The translations under genes were made by a program, and so were the position numbers. A stretch of DNA of 63,082 bases, filler included. It is 14 parts of 14 records of this genome, joined end to end, with 100 filler letters (N's around TTAATTAATTAA, not from the genome) between each part and the next. Parts side by side here need not be neighbours in the genome. Positions count along the whole stretch, not along the records: positions 31,689 to 34,750 come from SRR15195285_5640; positions 34,851 to 39,989 come from SRR15195285_5646; positions 40,090 to 44,344 come from SRR15195285_5649; positions 44,445 to 48,311 come from SRR15195285_5650; 10 more parts are not named here. One strand, 5' to 3'. Numbering within the stretch: position 1 is the first letter of the stretch; every line of letters starts with the position of its first letter. Below the pieces are notes generated by a model. It saw only the letters and a list, made by a program, of their open reading frames with translations. It did no database searches and was not told where the DNA came from. Of the stretch, positions 31,690-44,651 are shown in pieces.

Positions 31690-32718
31690 CATGTCGCTGG
31701 CTGGTGCATCGAACTCGTACAGGGTGCATTTTTGGTAGCCGACGACATGATGGATGCCTCTGTCACCCGGCGCGGCGGGCCGTGCTGGTACAAGCTGCCA
31801 GAGGTGCAGACGATTGCGATCAACGACGCCTTCCTGCTGCTATCCTTCACTTTCCGCCTACTGCTGAAGTACTGCCAAGATATCCCAGAGTACACGCATC
31901 TTCTCAATCTTTTCAATGAAGTCATTTGGATGACAGAGCTCGGGCAGCTGCTGGATACAACCGGCGTGGCAGAGACGGTGGACGACACCTTCAAGTTCGA
32001 CATGCCATACTACCAGAAGATCGTCCACTGCAAGACGGCCGATTACACGTTCTACCTTCCGGTGGCGTGCGCAATGTCTCTTGCGGGCGAGACAGCTCCC
32101 GAGGCATATGCAGAGGCTCGGCAGGTGTGCCATGCCATCGGGGAGTATTTCCAAATCCAGGACGACTACCTGGACTGCTATGGAGACCCGCAGGTAACTG
32201 GCAAGGTTGGGACAGACATTGAGGATAGGTGCGCACAGCGCGCCCGCCTCTGCTCTCAGTTCACACGGCAGCTGTGTAGTACCATATGATTGCAAAAGCC
32301 TGAGTGAGTTGGTCGTGCAATCGTGTATTGAACGTAGCAAGTGCACCTGGCTGATGTGCACGGCTCTTGAGAAGGCCGATGACGCCACCGCAGCCTCGCT
32401 GAGGGAGGCGTATGTTGCCGCTGATGCCACAACATCAGAGGGCGCGGCAGCAGTGGCCAAAGTTCGTCAGATTTACGATAAACTGGAGATCGAGCGCGCC
32501 TATCTGGTCAGTGTGCAACGTGCCAGTCGTCTCCCGTCCATCTGCAGGTGCCTCCGCCAGCTCGCCAGTGCCTCCTGACATATTATACATTTGTGCACGT
32601 GCAGGAGTACGAAGCTGCGCAATTGCAGGAGCTAGGAGACATGCTAAAAGGCCTCCAGTATGCCCCGCCTGTTGCGTTCGAGCTTGTTCTCGGGAAGCTG
32701 GCGGGACGCTCGAAATGA
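31690..32718 (+). CDS. FDPS: Short-chain trans-prenyl diphosphate synthase (FPPS family), 5'-truncated; introns 32229-32337 and 32507-32604
   Basis: GWCIELVQGAFLVADDMMD..TRRG..CWY, GQLLD, KTADYTFYLP, YFQIQDDYLD, GTDIED.KCTW; ends in RSK. Confidence 0.93.
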
Positions 32719-32855
32719 AATCCGAAGCAATGCACCGCTCCCTCTGGTGTCCACGTCCACCGATGACCACCCATTGACCCAGCACGTGCGCGGTTAATGA
32801 TATTCATTCTAGTTGTGCTACCGAAGGGCCATGTACAACCGCCGCAGGTACGTCA

Positions 32856-34750
32856 CTACGAATGTGCAACGATGTGCGCTGTCCAGTTGATCTTAGTCAT
32901 GAGCGTCGAGAGGCTCTCTTCCACCTTGCCACGGAAATGCTGCGCCGCCTGCTCATCGTCATCGTCTGGCCGAAGCGTCCCGCGCAGGAAGTCCACGTCC
33001 TTGTCGTTGTCGAGCTCTTCCAACCCCGCCATCCGCTGCATGATTTCCCACACAGTCGGCATTCAGTGCAAACCAATTGACTTGCTGAACAACGGAACTG
33101 GTCTGCGGACATGAGTATACATCATGCACATGATGCAACGCACCATAATGGAAATCAGGTTGATGAAAAGATTCGAATGTTTCCTCAACACGTTGAACAG
33201 AGTGCAGCAGAGCTTGTTGAACTCTTCCCACTTCGGTGACTTTTTGCCCTCCTTGCCTGCATCCGCACGCATGTACGCACCATCGAGCTGGTTCATGACT
33301 ACGCAAGTGCATCGAGAGCGCAACCAGAGCAAACAGTAGCACAAAGATGGTGCCAGAGGCGTTTGCGCACCACACAGGACATAAACGAAGTCATCAGTGA
33401 ATATAAACGGGGCTTTGTCGCGATTGATCATTCCGCCAGCAGCCTTCTTCACGTGGCCAAGGAAGTGACCGAAGTCAATGTGGAAAAGGTGGCCGTCTTC
33501 CTTTATCATGACATTATCATTGTGACGATCTGCGATGCCGAGCACGTATGTTGCGACACAGCAGCCTGCGCATGAGCGCAAAAAATTGTCTTGCGCGACC
33601 TTGTACTTTTTCTTTCCCTGGTTGTGTCCCTTGAGCCACTTGTGCAGGATGGTTTTGTCCCACACGCCTGAGGCACCAGCCGCATCTTTAGTGATGTTTG
33701 ATAGCGTGTTCGAATGTGTTACCACCTCCACAAACCCCACTTCGAATCCAAGCGAGGCAGTGCCGTAGACTGACAGTGGAATGTCAAGGCTCTCAGCCTC
33801 CCAGAGCTGCTCCATAATGCGGAACATTTGCAAAACCAGGATATCTTGACGGACATCATCACCATCTTTGAAGATCACAATGATGTTTTCGCCTGTCGGG
33901 TCCGCACTGATGTACTCCAGCCAAAGTGGCTTCTGTGCTGAGTCCATGTACTTGCATTTCTTCGCAACGAGACCAGTCACACGCATCGCATGCTGTGAGC
34001 CGGTGGGCAATAACATGCCTCCCGGTGGGAAAACCAGTTGCTTGCACTCGTTCTGGAGCACCTCCAGGCGCTGTTCCGCCGGGGTATCCTTGACCGTCTT
34101 GACTAATTTCCGAAGCGACTGGATGTGCTCCTCCTGCTTAATCAACTCTTCTCGGTGTGGCCCACAGCGCTCCAAATACTGTCTCAGAAACATACCGTAG
34201 AGACTAAACAGTGTTGGTCCACCTCCTTCGTGCATTTCTGACCGTAAGTGCCAGAATAGAGACTGCCCGACTGTGAATGGCGACCGCAACCCGCGGTAGA
34301 GCAACAGCCGCGCCAGCGCCGAGTTATGCAGCTTCTCATTCTTCATCAGCTGGCAGAGCTCGAGCAGGTAGATCTCCAGCTCGCCGTCACCCATCGCCGC
34401 GAGGCATTCCACCGCATGGTCCTTGAACGGACGAAAGAGTCGTTTGGCATCAAGCTTGCCCCCGACAAATCCCTTATCTGCCGTCGAGATTAACTCCCAG
34501 AAAGACGGGTCGAGCAGCTGCATTGCTTCTGCAGTACCAAGTGCGGCCCATCTGCTGAGCATGCCATAGGCTTGCTTTACTACCGTCGGGTCATCCCATG
34601 TGGGGACAGCCATGATCATCTTCGGTAAAATTCGTGAGCTTGCCCGCATGAGCGAGTGGTCGCGCAGCGACCAAAGCACAGTCTGCATATCATCATCTAG
34701 CGCCACAGTCCGCTCCACCGCAGCGACATGCTCTTTCGATCCAAGCTCAT
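32856..34750 (-). CDS. Phosphoinositide 3-kinase catalytic subunit (class I-like), 5'-truncated; introns 33257-33370 and 33036-33143
   Basis: Helical domain (LFWHLRSEMH), MDSAQKPLWL, FKDGDDVRQD, DRHNDNVM, HIDFGHFLG; C-terminus KINWTAH. Confidence 0.93.
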
Positions 34751-34982
34751 NNNNNNNNNNNNNNNNNNNNNNNNNNNNNNNNNNNNNNNNNNNNTTAATT
34801 AATTAANNNNNNNNNNNNNNNNNNNNNNNNNNNNNNNNNNNNNNNNNNNNGACCTAAGAATCACATTGTCATTGCCCGACGGCGAGCGACGTCCACGGCC
34901 GCGCGCGCCGTGCATTATATATGATAATGTTATATTTGTAGGCCTCGCGCGCCGTGCCGCGGGGGGCGGGAGAGCGAGGACG

Positions 34983-37713
34983 ATGTTCTTGTTCGCCAGT
35001 TTGATCGTCGTGGCATGGATGAATATGATGCTCATCGGCCGAGCCAATGCGGCAGCGTCCGCAGGGAGCAAACCACACTTGATGTACATCCTCGCGGTAC
35101 GAAGTGCTCCGTTGCCTGCCAGTGTGCTTATTCCCATGCTTTCGAGCCACAACCGAAACCACTCATGATGTTCGATACCTGGTGGGTGCGCCACCTTTCT
35201 CGATCGCGTGCGCTGCAGGATGATTTTGGCTGGGCTGATGCGGATTGGCACCGTCCTGCTGGGTGGAAAGAGGCTGCTACGCCCCATATGATGGAGCTGC
35301 TCAAAGCAGGCGTCGAGCTCGACAACATGCACGCATTCAAGTTTTGCGCGCCGACTCGATCGTCCATTCAGTCTGGCAGGAACCCCATCCATGTCAACGT
35401 TCAGAACTATCAGCCGGTCGTCTGGGACTCGACCGACCCAAAGCGCGACAAAGTCTCCGGCTACGCAGGGATTCCGACAAAAATGACTGGCATGTCTGCC
35501 GTACTCAAGGGGGCTGGCTATGCCACACACTATACGGGCAAATGGGACTGCGGAATGGCCACAGAGGAACACACTCCCAAAGGGCGTGGATACGACACCA
35601 GTCTCTTCTATTTCCACCACGACAATGATTACTGGACAGAGCGTGTGCGGGCGTCCGATGCGCAACAGCTCTGTCCTGGCCAGGACCACCAACTAGTTGA
35701 TCTGTGGAATGACGCGCAGCCAGGTCGCGGGCTGAACAACTCCGCCGAACTCTGCGAGCTCGGCAAGAACCACACGCTCCCGTACCCTGTTGCAACAGAC
35801 GGTCAGCCCAACCCAGCGTGTATTTACGAAGACGATGTCTTCCTACATCGTGTCACCAGCAGTGAGTTCAGTTCGCGGTCGCTGTTCAGCTCACAATGGA
35901 CCATGGCGCTCGTGTGCTATCGGAGCCTTGCTCATGATGCTGTTTGGTTGGTGTGCACGGTGATGTACCCGCAGCCATCGAGGCTCATGATCCCTCGATC
36001 CCACTTTTCTTCTTCTGGGCTGCCCACACCATCCACGCGCCACTGCAGGTGCCAAAGCTGTGGTACGATCGTTACGCACACGTGGACGATGCACGCCGCC
36101 GGAAGTATCTGGCAATGGTCAACTGGTTGGATACAGCTATCAGCAAAGTAACTGGTCTACTGAAAACCAAGCAAATGTACGACTCGACACTCATAGTGTT
36201 CTCATCGGACAATGGTGAGGCTACTAACAGATAGTTGCTAACTATACACATCCTCCCAGGTGAGGTGCCTGATGAGTTTTACCAAAAGTTCGCGTTCGCA
36301 GGTGGGCCGATATACTTTGGCGGAAATTCGGGGGCTAATAACTTTCCACTACGTGGAGGCAAGGCCTCCAATTGGCAGGTGCGAACACTGCCTGGCATAG
36401 CTCCGACAATCGGGCTTGCTCACCAAGGGTTGCCCCTGCAGGGAGGCATTCGCGTAAACTCGTTCGTCAGCGGCGGTGCGCTTCCGGCGGCCATGCATGG
36501 GAAAAAGCTGGAGGGGTTAACCTGCGTCTGGGACATATATGCGTGCGTCTAGAGAAATCCACTCGTGAACACTGTGCATCACTCCCTGGTCTAGATTGCA
36601 ACCAGTTGTAGTAGCCTGGGGTTTCGCGGACGTTTTCCCCAACTCCAAACTGCTACAAGGGTTTCGAGTACCCATTGCAATTTCGAAATTGTAATTCGCT
36701 GATAAACACGCGTGTACGTGTCGGCACCTCAGGACCTTCGCCCACCTTGCTGGTGCGGACCCAACCGACCATGCTGCAGCAGCAGCGGGGCTTCCACCGG
36801 TAGACAGCATAAATCTTTGGTCGTACTTGTCTGGAGAATCGGCAACGAGCCCGCGCAAGAGGATCCCGATCGGTTCGACCACCTGCGAAGGTGGCTTTAC
36901 TGAGGGGTGCATCAACCAGTGGGGCTGGGGCGACGTGAAGACAATTGTCCAGGGCCTGATCGAGGACCGCGGCTCAGAAGGCATCTGGAAACTTTTGACT
37001 GGGGCCAACCCAATGAACGGCTGGCAGGGACCTCTATGTGAGTACTGGAGAAGTCGCATGCGTTCTTCGTAAATGCCGATGTTGTGATGGTTTTGCAAAA
37101 ACATCGCTCACAACGTCTCTGCCATGTACATTGTGCTACCGAGTATTTGGTGTTTGTACCTGACTGCTCGATTGCGCGCAGATCCCAACGCCACCAGCAA
37201 TGAGCAGCATGCATTTTCATTCAGATGGATCCACGATTGCAAGGCAACTGGCTGCCTGTTCAATCTATCTGAAGATGCGACTGTAAGAAACCACTATGCT
37301 ACCAACGGTCACTGCAGCTCGTCACAATTTGAGATCTCAGCTAAATTTTTCACACACCCTGTCTTTGCAGGAACACGTACGCCATACAGCTTGGTACCAA
37401 GCTGTGGAAATCTCTGGCAGCTGCTGACCATCGCAGCCCCATACTACCTGCGCATCCGACCCGGATGTATCGGTCAGGACGCTCTTGCGCTAACCAAAAC
37501 ATTGTCATCACGCGCTGCTGTGTATTTCAGGTTGACAAAGCCGAGATTATGCCCACCGTTGCTAAAGATATGCTTGCGACGCTGCAGAAATTGAACGAGA
37601 GCACGTTCTCGCCATACCGTGGTCCTGGCGAACAGAACAAGGACATCGCCGCTGCGTGTAGTGCAGCCGTCGAAAAGTATGGTGGCTTCTTCGGACCATT
37701 TGTCGATGTATGA
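34983..37713 (+). CDS. Secreted arylsulfatase (ARSB-like, family S1), multi-exon with a 6-nt microexon
   Basis: Signal peptide; KPHLMYILA|DDFGWAD, CAPTRSSIQSGR (CxPxR formylglycine motif), GKWD, HAPLQ, SDNGG, PLRGGK..NW.GG.R. Confidence 0.92.
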
Positions 37714-38136
37714 CGGAATGAATATAGTTTTTGTGTCGACAATTTTCTTTGGCTCTCGCCGCCTCTTGTCGACGTTCATTGGAGTGTTCTGTGCAATATC
37801 CAGCGGGGTATTCCTTGCACACGTGCCTGAACCACTGGTTTAGATTGCAAAATGTCTACTAGATCTAGATCTATATGTTTCCTGGTTCGATTCGATCAGC
37901 GGTACTACCGATGTAGCAAAATTCTAGTAGATCTACGTATACGCGCGATACGCACGCGATACGCCGCGGCGGTGCGCCGGTACACAATCTTACGCTAGCT
38001 CCGTCCGCGCACTGCATCTGGGCACGCACTGCAGATGGGCACTGCAACACTGCAAAACGTCGCGCTGGGTGGTAGGGGCATTCAACTGTTTGATAACACT
38101 AGGCATTGCGAATATTTGAGGGCACCGAAATTACTA

Positions 38137-39582
38137 TCATATTTTATGCGTCCGTGCATTGACCTCACCCTTCGATTGCGTGCCCCCAAGAACATGCAAA
38201 CAGATGCATACCGTCGACACAACCATCATTCCTGACGTCAGTGCAAAGAAGCGCGGCCATCCAGCTCCGTCATCTCCTACGATCCGGCCGGTCGCTCCTA
38301 GTAGCAAGCAAGAACAGAAGTATCCTGGCACATCCTTAAGCGACAGCAATTTGCCTGCGTGACCGCGTGGTGCGTTTTCTACCAAGTATATAGTGGGCAG
38401 AATGTACTTTGCAGGTGCAATGGCAGCCCCGGCTGCGAATGAGCTGACTACCAGCAACTCTGGTGTCTCTGCAGCTCCAACCATGAGGAACGCGCACGCG
38501 CCTACCAGTCCGGTAGCAAGAAACCCCCAGACATGCATGCTCGGTGCGGCTGCATCGTACGCAAACCCAGCGAGCAGCGTCGATACAGCCATACCTGCTG
38601 GGTATGCAGCCGAGAGCACCGCTCCAGTGCTTAAACTCAGATGGAACCGCGGCGAGGTGGAAATGTACAGCGGAATCAGGCCGGAGATATCTACCAGCGC
38701 AACAAGCATCGTCTCGGAGCCGAGCAACAGCATGAGTCGGCGATCGCGCAGGCAGGTCCGCATCAACTCCCTAAACCCCACGGTAGAAGCCTCACGTGTT
38801 ATTTCCTTCAGAGCAGCACGTGGGCACTCCGGGACGCCCGCTATCACTGCTCTCAGTCCAACCATGCTGCTGATGCCCATCACGAGCATGAAGACTCCGA
38901 CGGCAACTGGCGGGTAGTACCAGCCACCTGCTACAAGGGGGGCCAACAAAAAGCCACCACACGTGGCTCCGACTCGACTAGATGTCACCAGCACTCCCCA
39001 CACACGCGCAAAGATGCTGGGCGGAAAGATTCGCTTGGCTGCTGTTGTCTTGGCAGGTCCGACAGCCGCTTTGCATAGCTTGAGCATTACGAAGCACCCG
39101 AGAGCGACACACAGCCACCCGGCGTAAAGGGCTACAACCATGCCAAGTAGCATAGCACCTGTCGACACCAGTGCTTCCGCAAAGGCGCTATCGCCGCGCC
39201 AATCTACGACAAATCCAGCACCGAACTTACCCAGCACGGTTGCCATCTGTCCGGCAGCCAACGCCTGTGCAAGCTGTGCTGCGTCCAAGTTCACGCTCGG
39301 GTCAATTGCCAAAGCCGGCAACGCCACCTCGATCGAGCTGCTGGAGCTTGTCGACGCTACGTAGCCCACATACATCAGTGCCAGCGCCAGCAGCTGCCCC
39401 GTCGATAGACTGTCACGCAGGCTCGTGGTGCGCGTCCGATGCATCTTGTCCATTCGGACCGTCCTTGCCGTGGGCGAGCACGCTCCGCCAGACCGAGAGA
39501 TTGGTGCTTCTCTGCGCCACGGGTTCAGAGCGTGGAGCGAAGGCGAGGGTATCAGCGCCCGCAACCTCGGAATAGATGGCAT
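38137..39582 (-). CDS. MFS transporter (GlpT/UhpC-like); start uncertain (ATG 39582 or 39453)
   Basis: About 12 TM helices; GKFGAGFVVD and WGVLVTSSRVG. Confidence 0.8.
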   Translation of the reverse strand: MPSIPRLRALIPSPSLHALNPWRREAPISRSGGACSPTARTVRMDKMHRTRTTSLRDSLSTGQLLALALMYVGYVASTSSSSSIEVALPALAIDPSVNLDAAQLAQALAAGQMATVLGKFGAGFVVDWRGDSAFAEALVSTGAMLLGMVVALYAGWLCVALGCFVMLKLCKAAVGPAKTTAAKRIFPPSIFARVWGVLVTSSRVGATCGGFLLAPLVAGGWYYPPVAVGVFMLVMGISSMVGLRAVIAGVPECPRAALKEITREASTVGFRELMRTCLRDRRLMLLLGSETMLVALVDISGLIPLYISTSPRFHLSLSTGAVLSAAYPAGMAVSTLLAGFAYDAAAPSMHVWGFLATGLVGACAFLMVGAAETPELLVVSSFAAGAAIAPAKYILPTIYLVENAPRGHAGKLLSLKDVPGYFCSCLLLGATGRIVGDDGAGWPRFFALTSGMMVVSTVCICLHVLGGTQSKGEVNARTHKI

Positions 39583-40089
39583 TGCGTGACCCCAGCGCCT
39601 CGCCGAAAAACATGCGTGGCGACATCGTAGTATCGCGGCAAACGCCAGTGCCACGATGCGAATTCGAACTGGCCGCCGCCTGCGCATGCATGTACTGTAC
39701 CGGTACAGAAATGGTACTGTAGTTCGTACCGGAATTCAGTACATTTTATGAAATGTCTCCCATGGGGTGAGCTCGTCAAGAAGCAGGCAGGCAGGCTGGA
39801 AGCTTCATTTCAAATTCATACCACTCCTGCGCTTCCTCCTTGTCAAAGAGGTTGCTGTCCTACCGATGTTCGAACATGTACTGAGGGTGAGCGCGGCGGG
39901 CTCAGGCACACAAAAGTCAAGAGAGAGTCCTTGGTGGAGAGCAATGAGCGAGCCACTGGAATGACAATGACAATGACAATTTCATTTAGNNNNNNNNNNN
40001 NNNNNNNNNNNNNNNNNNNNNNNNNNNNNNNNNTTAATTAATTAANNNNNNNNNNNNNNNNNNNNNNNNNNNNNNNNNNNNNNNNNNNN

Positions 40090-42094
40090 AGCAGCAGCAG
40101 CAGCAGCAGCAGCAGCTCATTTCTGTGCCAGTTGACACTGGTGGTCTGCAGCTGCTTGTCGAGCGGGCTCGTCTCCTCCATTTTTTCGACCGGCACGACG
40201 AGTTCCTGAGCCTTCTCCTCGTCCATATTCACCGCGCTATTCATGCCACCGTGCCTCTACCTAAAGCACAGTCACAGCAGTCGACAGGTGGCACACAAGG
40301 ACGGAAGCGTAAGAGTGGTGCTGGCGGCTCATCTTCCGGAGGCGCTGCGAGTTATCCAACTCTGGCTGACGTTCTGACGGACCGGGCTTTGATGAACCTC
40401 GGGGCGAAGGCAGCTACGATCATGGCTAGGTGAGACATAATTGATTGATCTTTTTGTGCCTATCGTGCACATACTATTTAACGGCACTTAAATCGAACTG
40501 CATACATAATGAAGATTGCTGCGCAGCCCTCTAATGCAATTTTGTGCGGTTGTTTGAGCAGAAATCGTGATTACGAAGCCGCGAATGTGACGATTCGTGG
40601 ACTGTTGCGGCTTCACGGCCGTCCTTCGAAGCCTCCGAAGGCTGAGGTTGCGTCTAGCTCGTCGTCTGCAGCTTCGAAAGGCGGCGACAGCCCAAATCTT
40701 TTTGCTGCCATTGTGTATCCGTCAGACGAGGACGAGGACGATGACGACGATGACGACGACGACGACGAGGAACATGAAGATGAAGAGGAGGTAGGTAAGC
40801 ATGGCGCAGCTGCTGGTGCAGCGACTGCTGATATTCACCGTAAGCACGGTCGTAAGTTGAGAAGCAGACGTGGTGAGAAACAGTCGAAACTGCAAACCAA
40901 AAACGGCCGAGCGGTAGACAAGCTGCGTTTACTCGCAGTCGGCGTTGCGTATGTACTCAACGACTACGAAACGGCCTACGCTACCATTCGTCACGTTTGC
41001 GAGCTCCGCCCTTCATCGGCACGTCCACGCATGTCTGCATCACCATTTTCATGGATCCCTCGTGTGTTTGAGAGTGCTTTCGGTATGCGCTTATAGGCGG
41101 TTTTCTGGAACCTCTACAACACGATTTCGATCCACTGCCAGAGTGTGCAGCCGGAGAAAGCTTCCTCGCAGTCAGCCTCTCACCGTTTTCTCATCAAGTT
41201 GCTTAAGCAGCACCCGGACTCCGTTCCTCTGATGATGCTTGTTGCGCACCACTGTGCCATCACACGGAACCTGGGACTCGGTGCGCTCCAGAACTCTGCA
41301 GAGGTTTCGATTGCGCAACGATACCTTCAGATCATATCCGATAACCAAACGGCGACTTCGTTGTGATAGGTATCGCGGAGTACCTACGGGCCAGATCACT
41401 GCGCCCAAATGACCCGCTCATCTCGCTCTGTCTTGGCACGAGCTACCTGTCCCAAGTAATGCAGAAGAACACCTACAATCGCCACCTCGTGTGCTTGAAG
41501 GCATTTACCTTCATGAATCAGTACGTGAGCCTACGGCTTCCTGGGTTCAAGATGGACGTTTCACAGAATGATCACGAGATGGACGAGGTGGTTTCCATTG
41601 AAGATGATTTAGACCCAGACGAAACAGAGTGAGTCATGCTTCATATCGTGTTGACTGCGTGGTCATTTTGGCTGGAGTTTTACAGCTCTACCCCGTAGAA
41701 ATGGCACTTGTCCGGAATGCTGCCTGCATACTTTGACACATGTCTGGTTTTGATCTTTCTGCTTCGGTTTATGCCACCTGCTGTTGGTAACTCGTGGCTC
41801 AGACGGAAGAATCTACTCGGGCAGGAGGCCGCATTTAACCTAGGCAGGGCGTACCAGCAGCTCAACTTGTTGCATCTGGCTGTGCCGTACTACGAGCATG
41901 CACTCCGGCTCACAACAGCTCAGAATCAGCAAACGACGACTAGGAGTAACAACGGTGGTGCTCCTGACTGTGCCACTGCACGCACAGTTGGACTTGAGCG
42001 TGAGGCCGCATACAACTTGTTTCTCATCTACCGGTCCCACAAAGGCTCTGAGCGGCTGGCCAGAGAGATTCTCAGGCGACACTTGACAATTTGA
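40090..42094 (+). CDS. GTF3C3: TFIIIC subunit Tfc4/GTF3C3, C-terminal part, multi-exon, 5'-truncated
   Basis: EYLRA..LRPNDPLISLCLG, NRH....AFTFM.QY, QEAAFNLGRAYQQLNLLHLAVPYY and REAAYNL.LIY...G...LA. Confidence 0.88.
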
Positions 42095-42310
42095 CATCGT
42101 ATCCTGACGTGATATGATTGTGGCGCAGTGATGCTGTTCCTTCGTACAATGCAATTAGTACTTTGTTGCGGTAGTCTTGGCCTCGTGTCGTCGTTACATC
42201 AACCGAATACCTTCACCTCGTCATGAAGGCTGCCGTACACTGACGGGATCACCTCATAATTGTTGGGCAACACACATCGACTTTACAGCCTCGATGGATA
42301 CCGTTCAACT

Positions 42311-44160
42311 TTACAGCCTCGCCGGATACTTTGCATCCGGGGTGGTCGGCCAGCGGCTCACCTTTTTGATCCTCATTGGCTCGAACACATCAAGATTATT
42401 GCTGCTCCAGCCGGGCTCATCCACAGTCAGGATGGTGGACGAGACCGGGGCCCATCCTGCTCGAAAGTGTGTGCTACTCTTGATAGCACAAATCTTGTAT
42501 CGAGCGATGTCTATCCCAGCAAAAGTGAACGCTACTTCATCGAACGACTGCTGCCGGCTGCCATTGATCAAGACGTCAACATTACCTATCGTCACCCGCG
42601 CCATCTTTCCGAGATGGCGCATGCTACCAGACCCAACGCTCCCTATTCGCGCCGGGAAAACACCGTCGTTGAGCACACGAATGTGAGCCTGTGCGACAAT
42701 AGGTCCTCCTGCAATGGCGCTTCCGTCAGCTACCGCCAGCCCATGTCCCTCCTCTAGCTTACCGCCCTGCAGCAAAACAACGAAGTGAGGCCAACCAGCA
42801 CACCTGCATACCAACACACCAAGACACGTTGTATGACTAGTACACACCAGCACAACGTCGATCTTTGCTCCGACGCCAGCTTCAAAGCACTGCTTCAGTA
42901 CATCAGGATCGTACATCCAGCCAAAGCAGGCCACTCCGGCATCCAGCCTTGCGTCGAGTAGCGCCCGTAGCAGATGAGTTGAGTCGCCAGGCGCACCACA
43001 GCCAGTGTTGTCCCCGGTCTCATTGATGCAGACGGGGCCACCGGCATCGAGTGCAAGTGCAGCCTCGATCGCGGACTTTGCTGTGTGTACCTGCAAAGGT
43101 CAACACATGCAGCAACTGAAACCGATTAGACTAACCACCACGAAAACCAAATCCCATGCGACGTATGCACGAGATCCCATAGCATACATCTGTCGCTTGG
43201 AAGGTCGCTTGTCCATCTGTAGATATTTCTAGCTCGAACAAGTGTCTGTGATCCCAAATCCAAGAACCAGCTTCTTTGCCAATTGACTTGGCGAGTGCCA
43301 TATCGTTCTCGGTAGTGACGACCACCGAAGAGCCGACGATAGAAATATCTGCCCACGGAAATCCATGGAACACTGCTCGCCACGCAAGCACGCGCAGACA
43401 TGAGGCAACCGAGATATTCTACACGCCGGATGGTGGACGATAGCACACCTGTGACATCAAGAACGCCAGGTCGAGCCTCCAGAGAGTACATGAAGTCGTT
43501 CATCTGGGCTGCTGGAAAACCGTCTTGCGTGCACATCATGCACAGTGGCAGCAGGGTTGGGACTTGCTCGAGATGCGTGGTAGTCTTAAGACCGTTCAGA
43601 AGCCGCGGCACCATTCGCATTGCCTCGACACCCCGCTCGTACGAATCAGTGTGTGGATACAAGTGTACAGGACACATGAAATCATACTGCGCGACGCACT
43701 CCGGGGAGATGTTGCCATGCAAGTCGAATGTCCCCACGATGGGCACGTGTGGGCCGACCACAGCTCTGATCCGCTTCGCCAGGTCGCCTTCTATGCATTC
43801 ATACGACTCCGCGACTCCTGCGCCGTGATTCTCGACGGCGACGGCGCTCACTGGCATGGCGTCTTCCAGGCGTTCGATGATCTCGTCGCGCATGCTTTCG
43901 TACGCCAGATCGGCTATTGTCCCACTGGGTTCAGTGTCAGCGAACAGCAGCCCCACCTTCTCGTACCCCAGCTCCGTCGCGGCGTTCAACATTCCCGCCA
44001 AGTACCCTTCCCGAGTGGAGACCACGTCGTTTCCTCGGACGGGAGTGAAACCGCCTGGCCCAATCTCTGTCAAGCCGAGCGCCGCGGTTGCGAACGTGTT
44101 GGTTTCGTGGGAGATGCCGCAAAAGGCCACACGCCTTGCTCCTGCCGCCGCTGTAGCCAT
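42311..44160 (-). CDS. MlrC-like M81 metallopeptidase; introns 43373-43448, 43091-43187 and 42767-42847
   Basis: HETNTF, HGA, DLHGN, YPHTD, GFPWAD, DNTGCGAPGD and KSSTHFRA. Confidence 0.92.
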
Positions 44161-44651
44161 TATCGAATATCAATGGTGCGCTCTAGAGCTAGCTAACTAA
44201 GCTAAGACGCGGGCGGGGGGAGCTGATGTCACGGTTCGTTGACCCGGGCCGCCGCGCGCCGGCGGTACGCACTGAGGCTGTAGACCCCGGCCGCCGCCAT
44301 CTGGCCTAGGGCGTCCCAGCAACAATCAGGTCTTCGAATGCATGNNNNNNNNNNNNNNNNNNNNNNNNNNNNNNNNNNNNNNNNNNNNTTAATTAATTAA
44401 NNNNNNNNNNNNNNNNNNNNNNNNNNNNNNNNNNNNNNNNNNNNTCCCAGGCCTATGACCAAACAAGCCTGTACGCGGCTCTCGTCTGCGTGAACGGCCA
44501 CGAGCGGCGAGGCTGATAATCGACCGCAGCGCGCGTTCCCCTTCTCTACTAGTAGATCTCTCGCGCGTATACAGCGTATCAGCTGCAGCGTACCAGACGA
44601 CTGCCTGACCGACTCCACTGCGGCCGAGCGCTGGTCGATAGTTCCGCTGTG

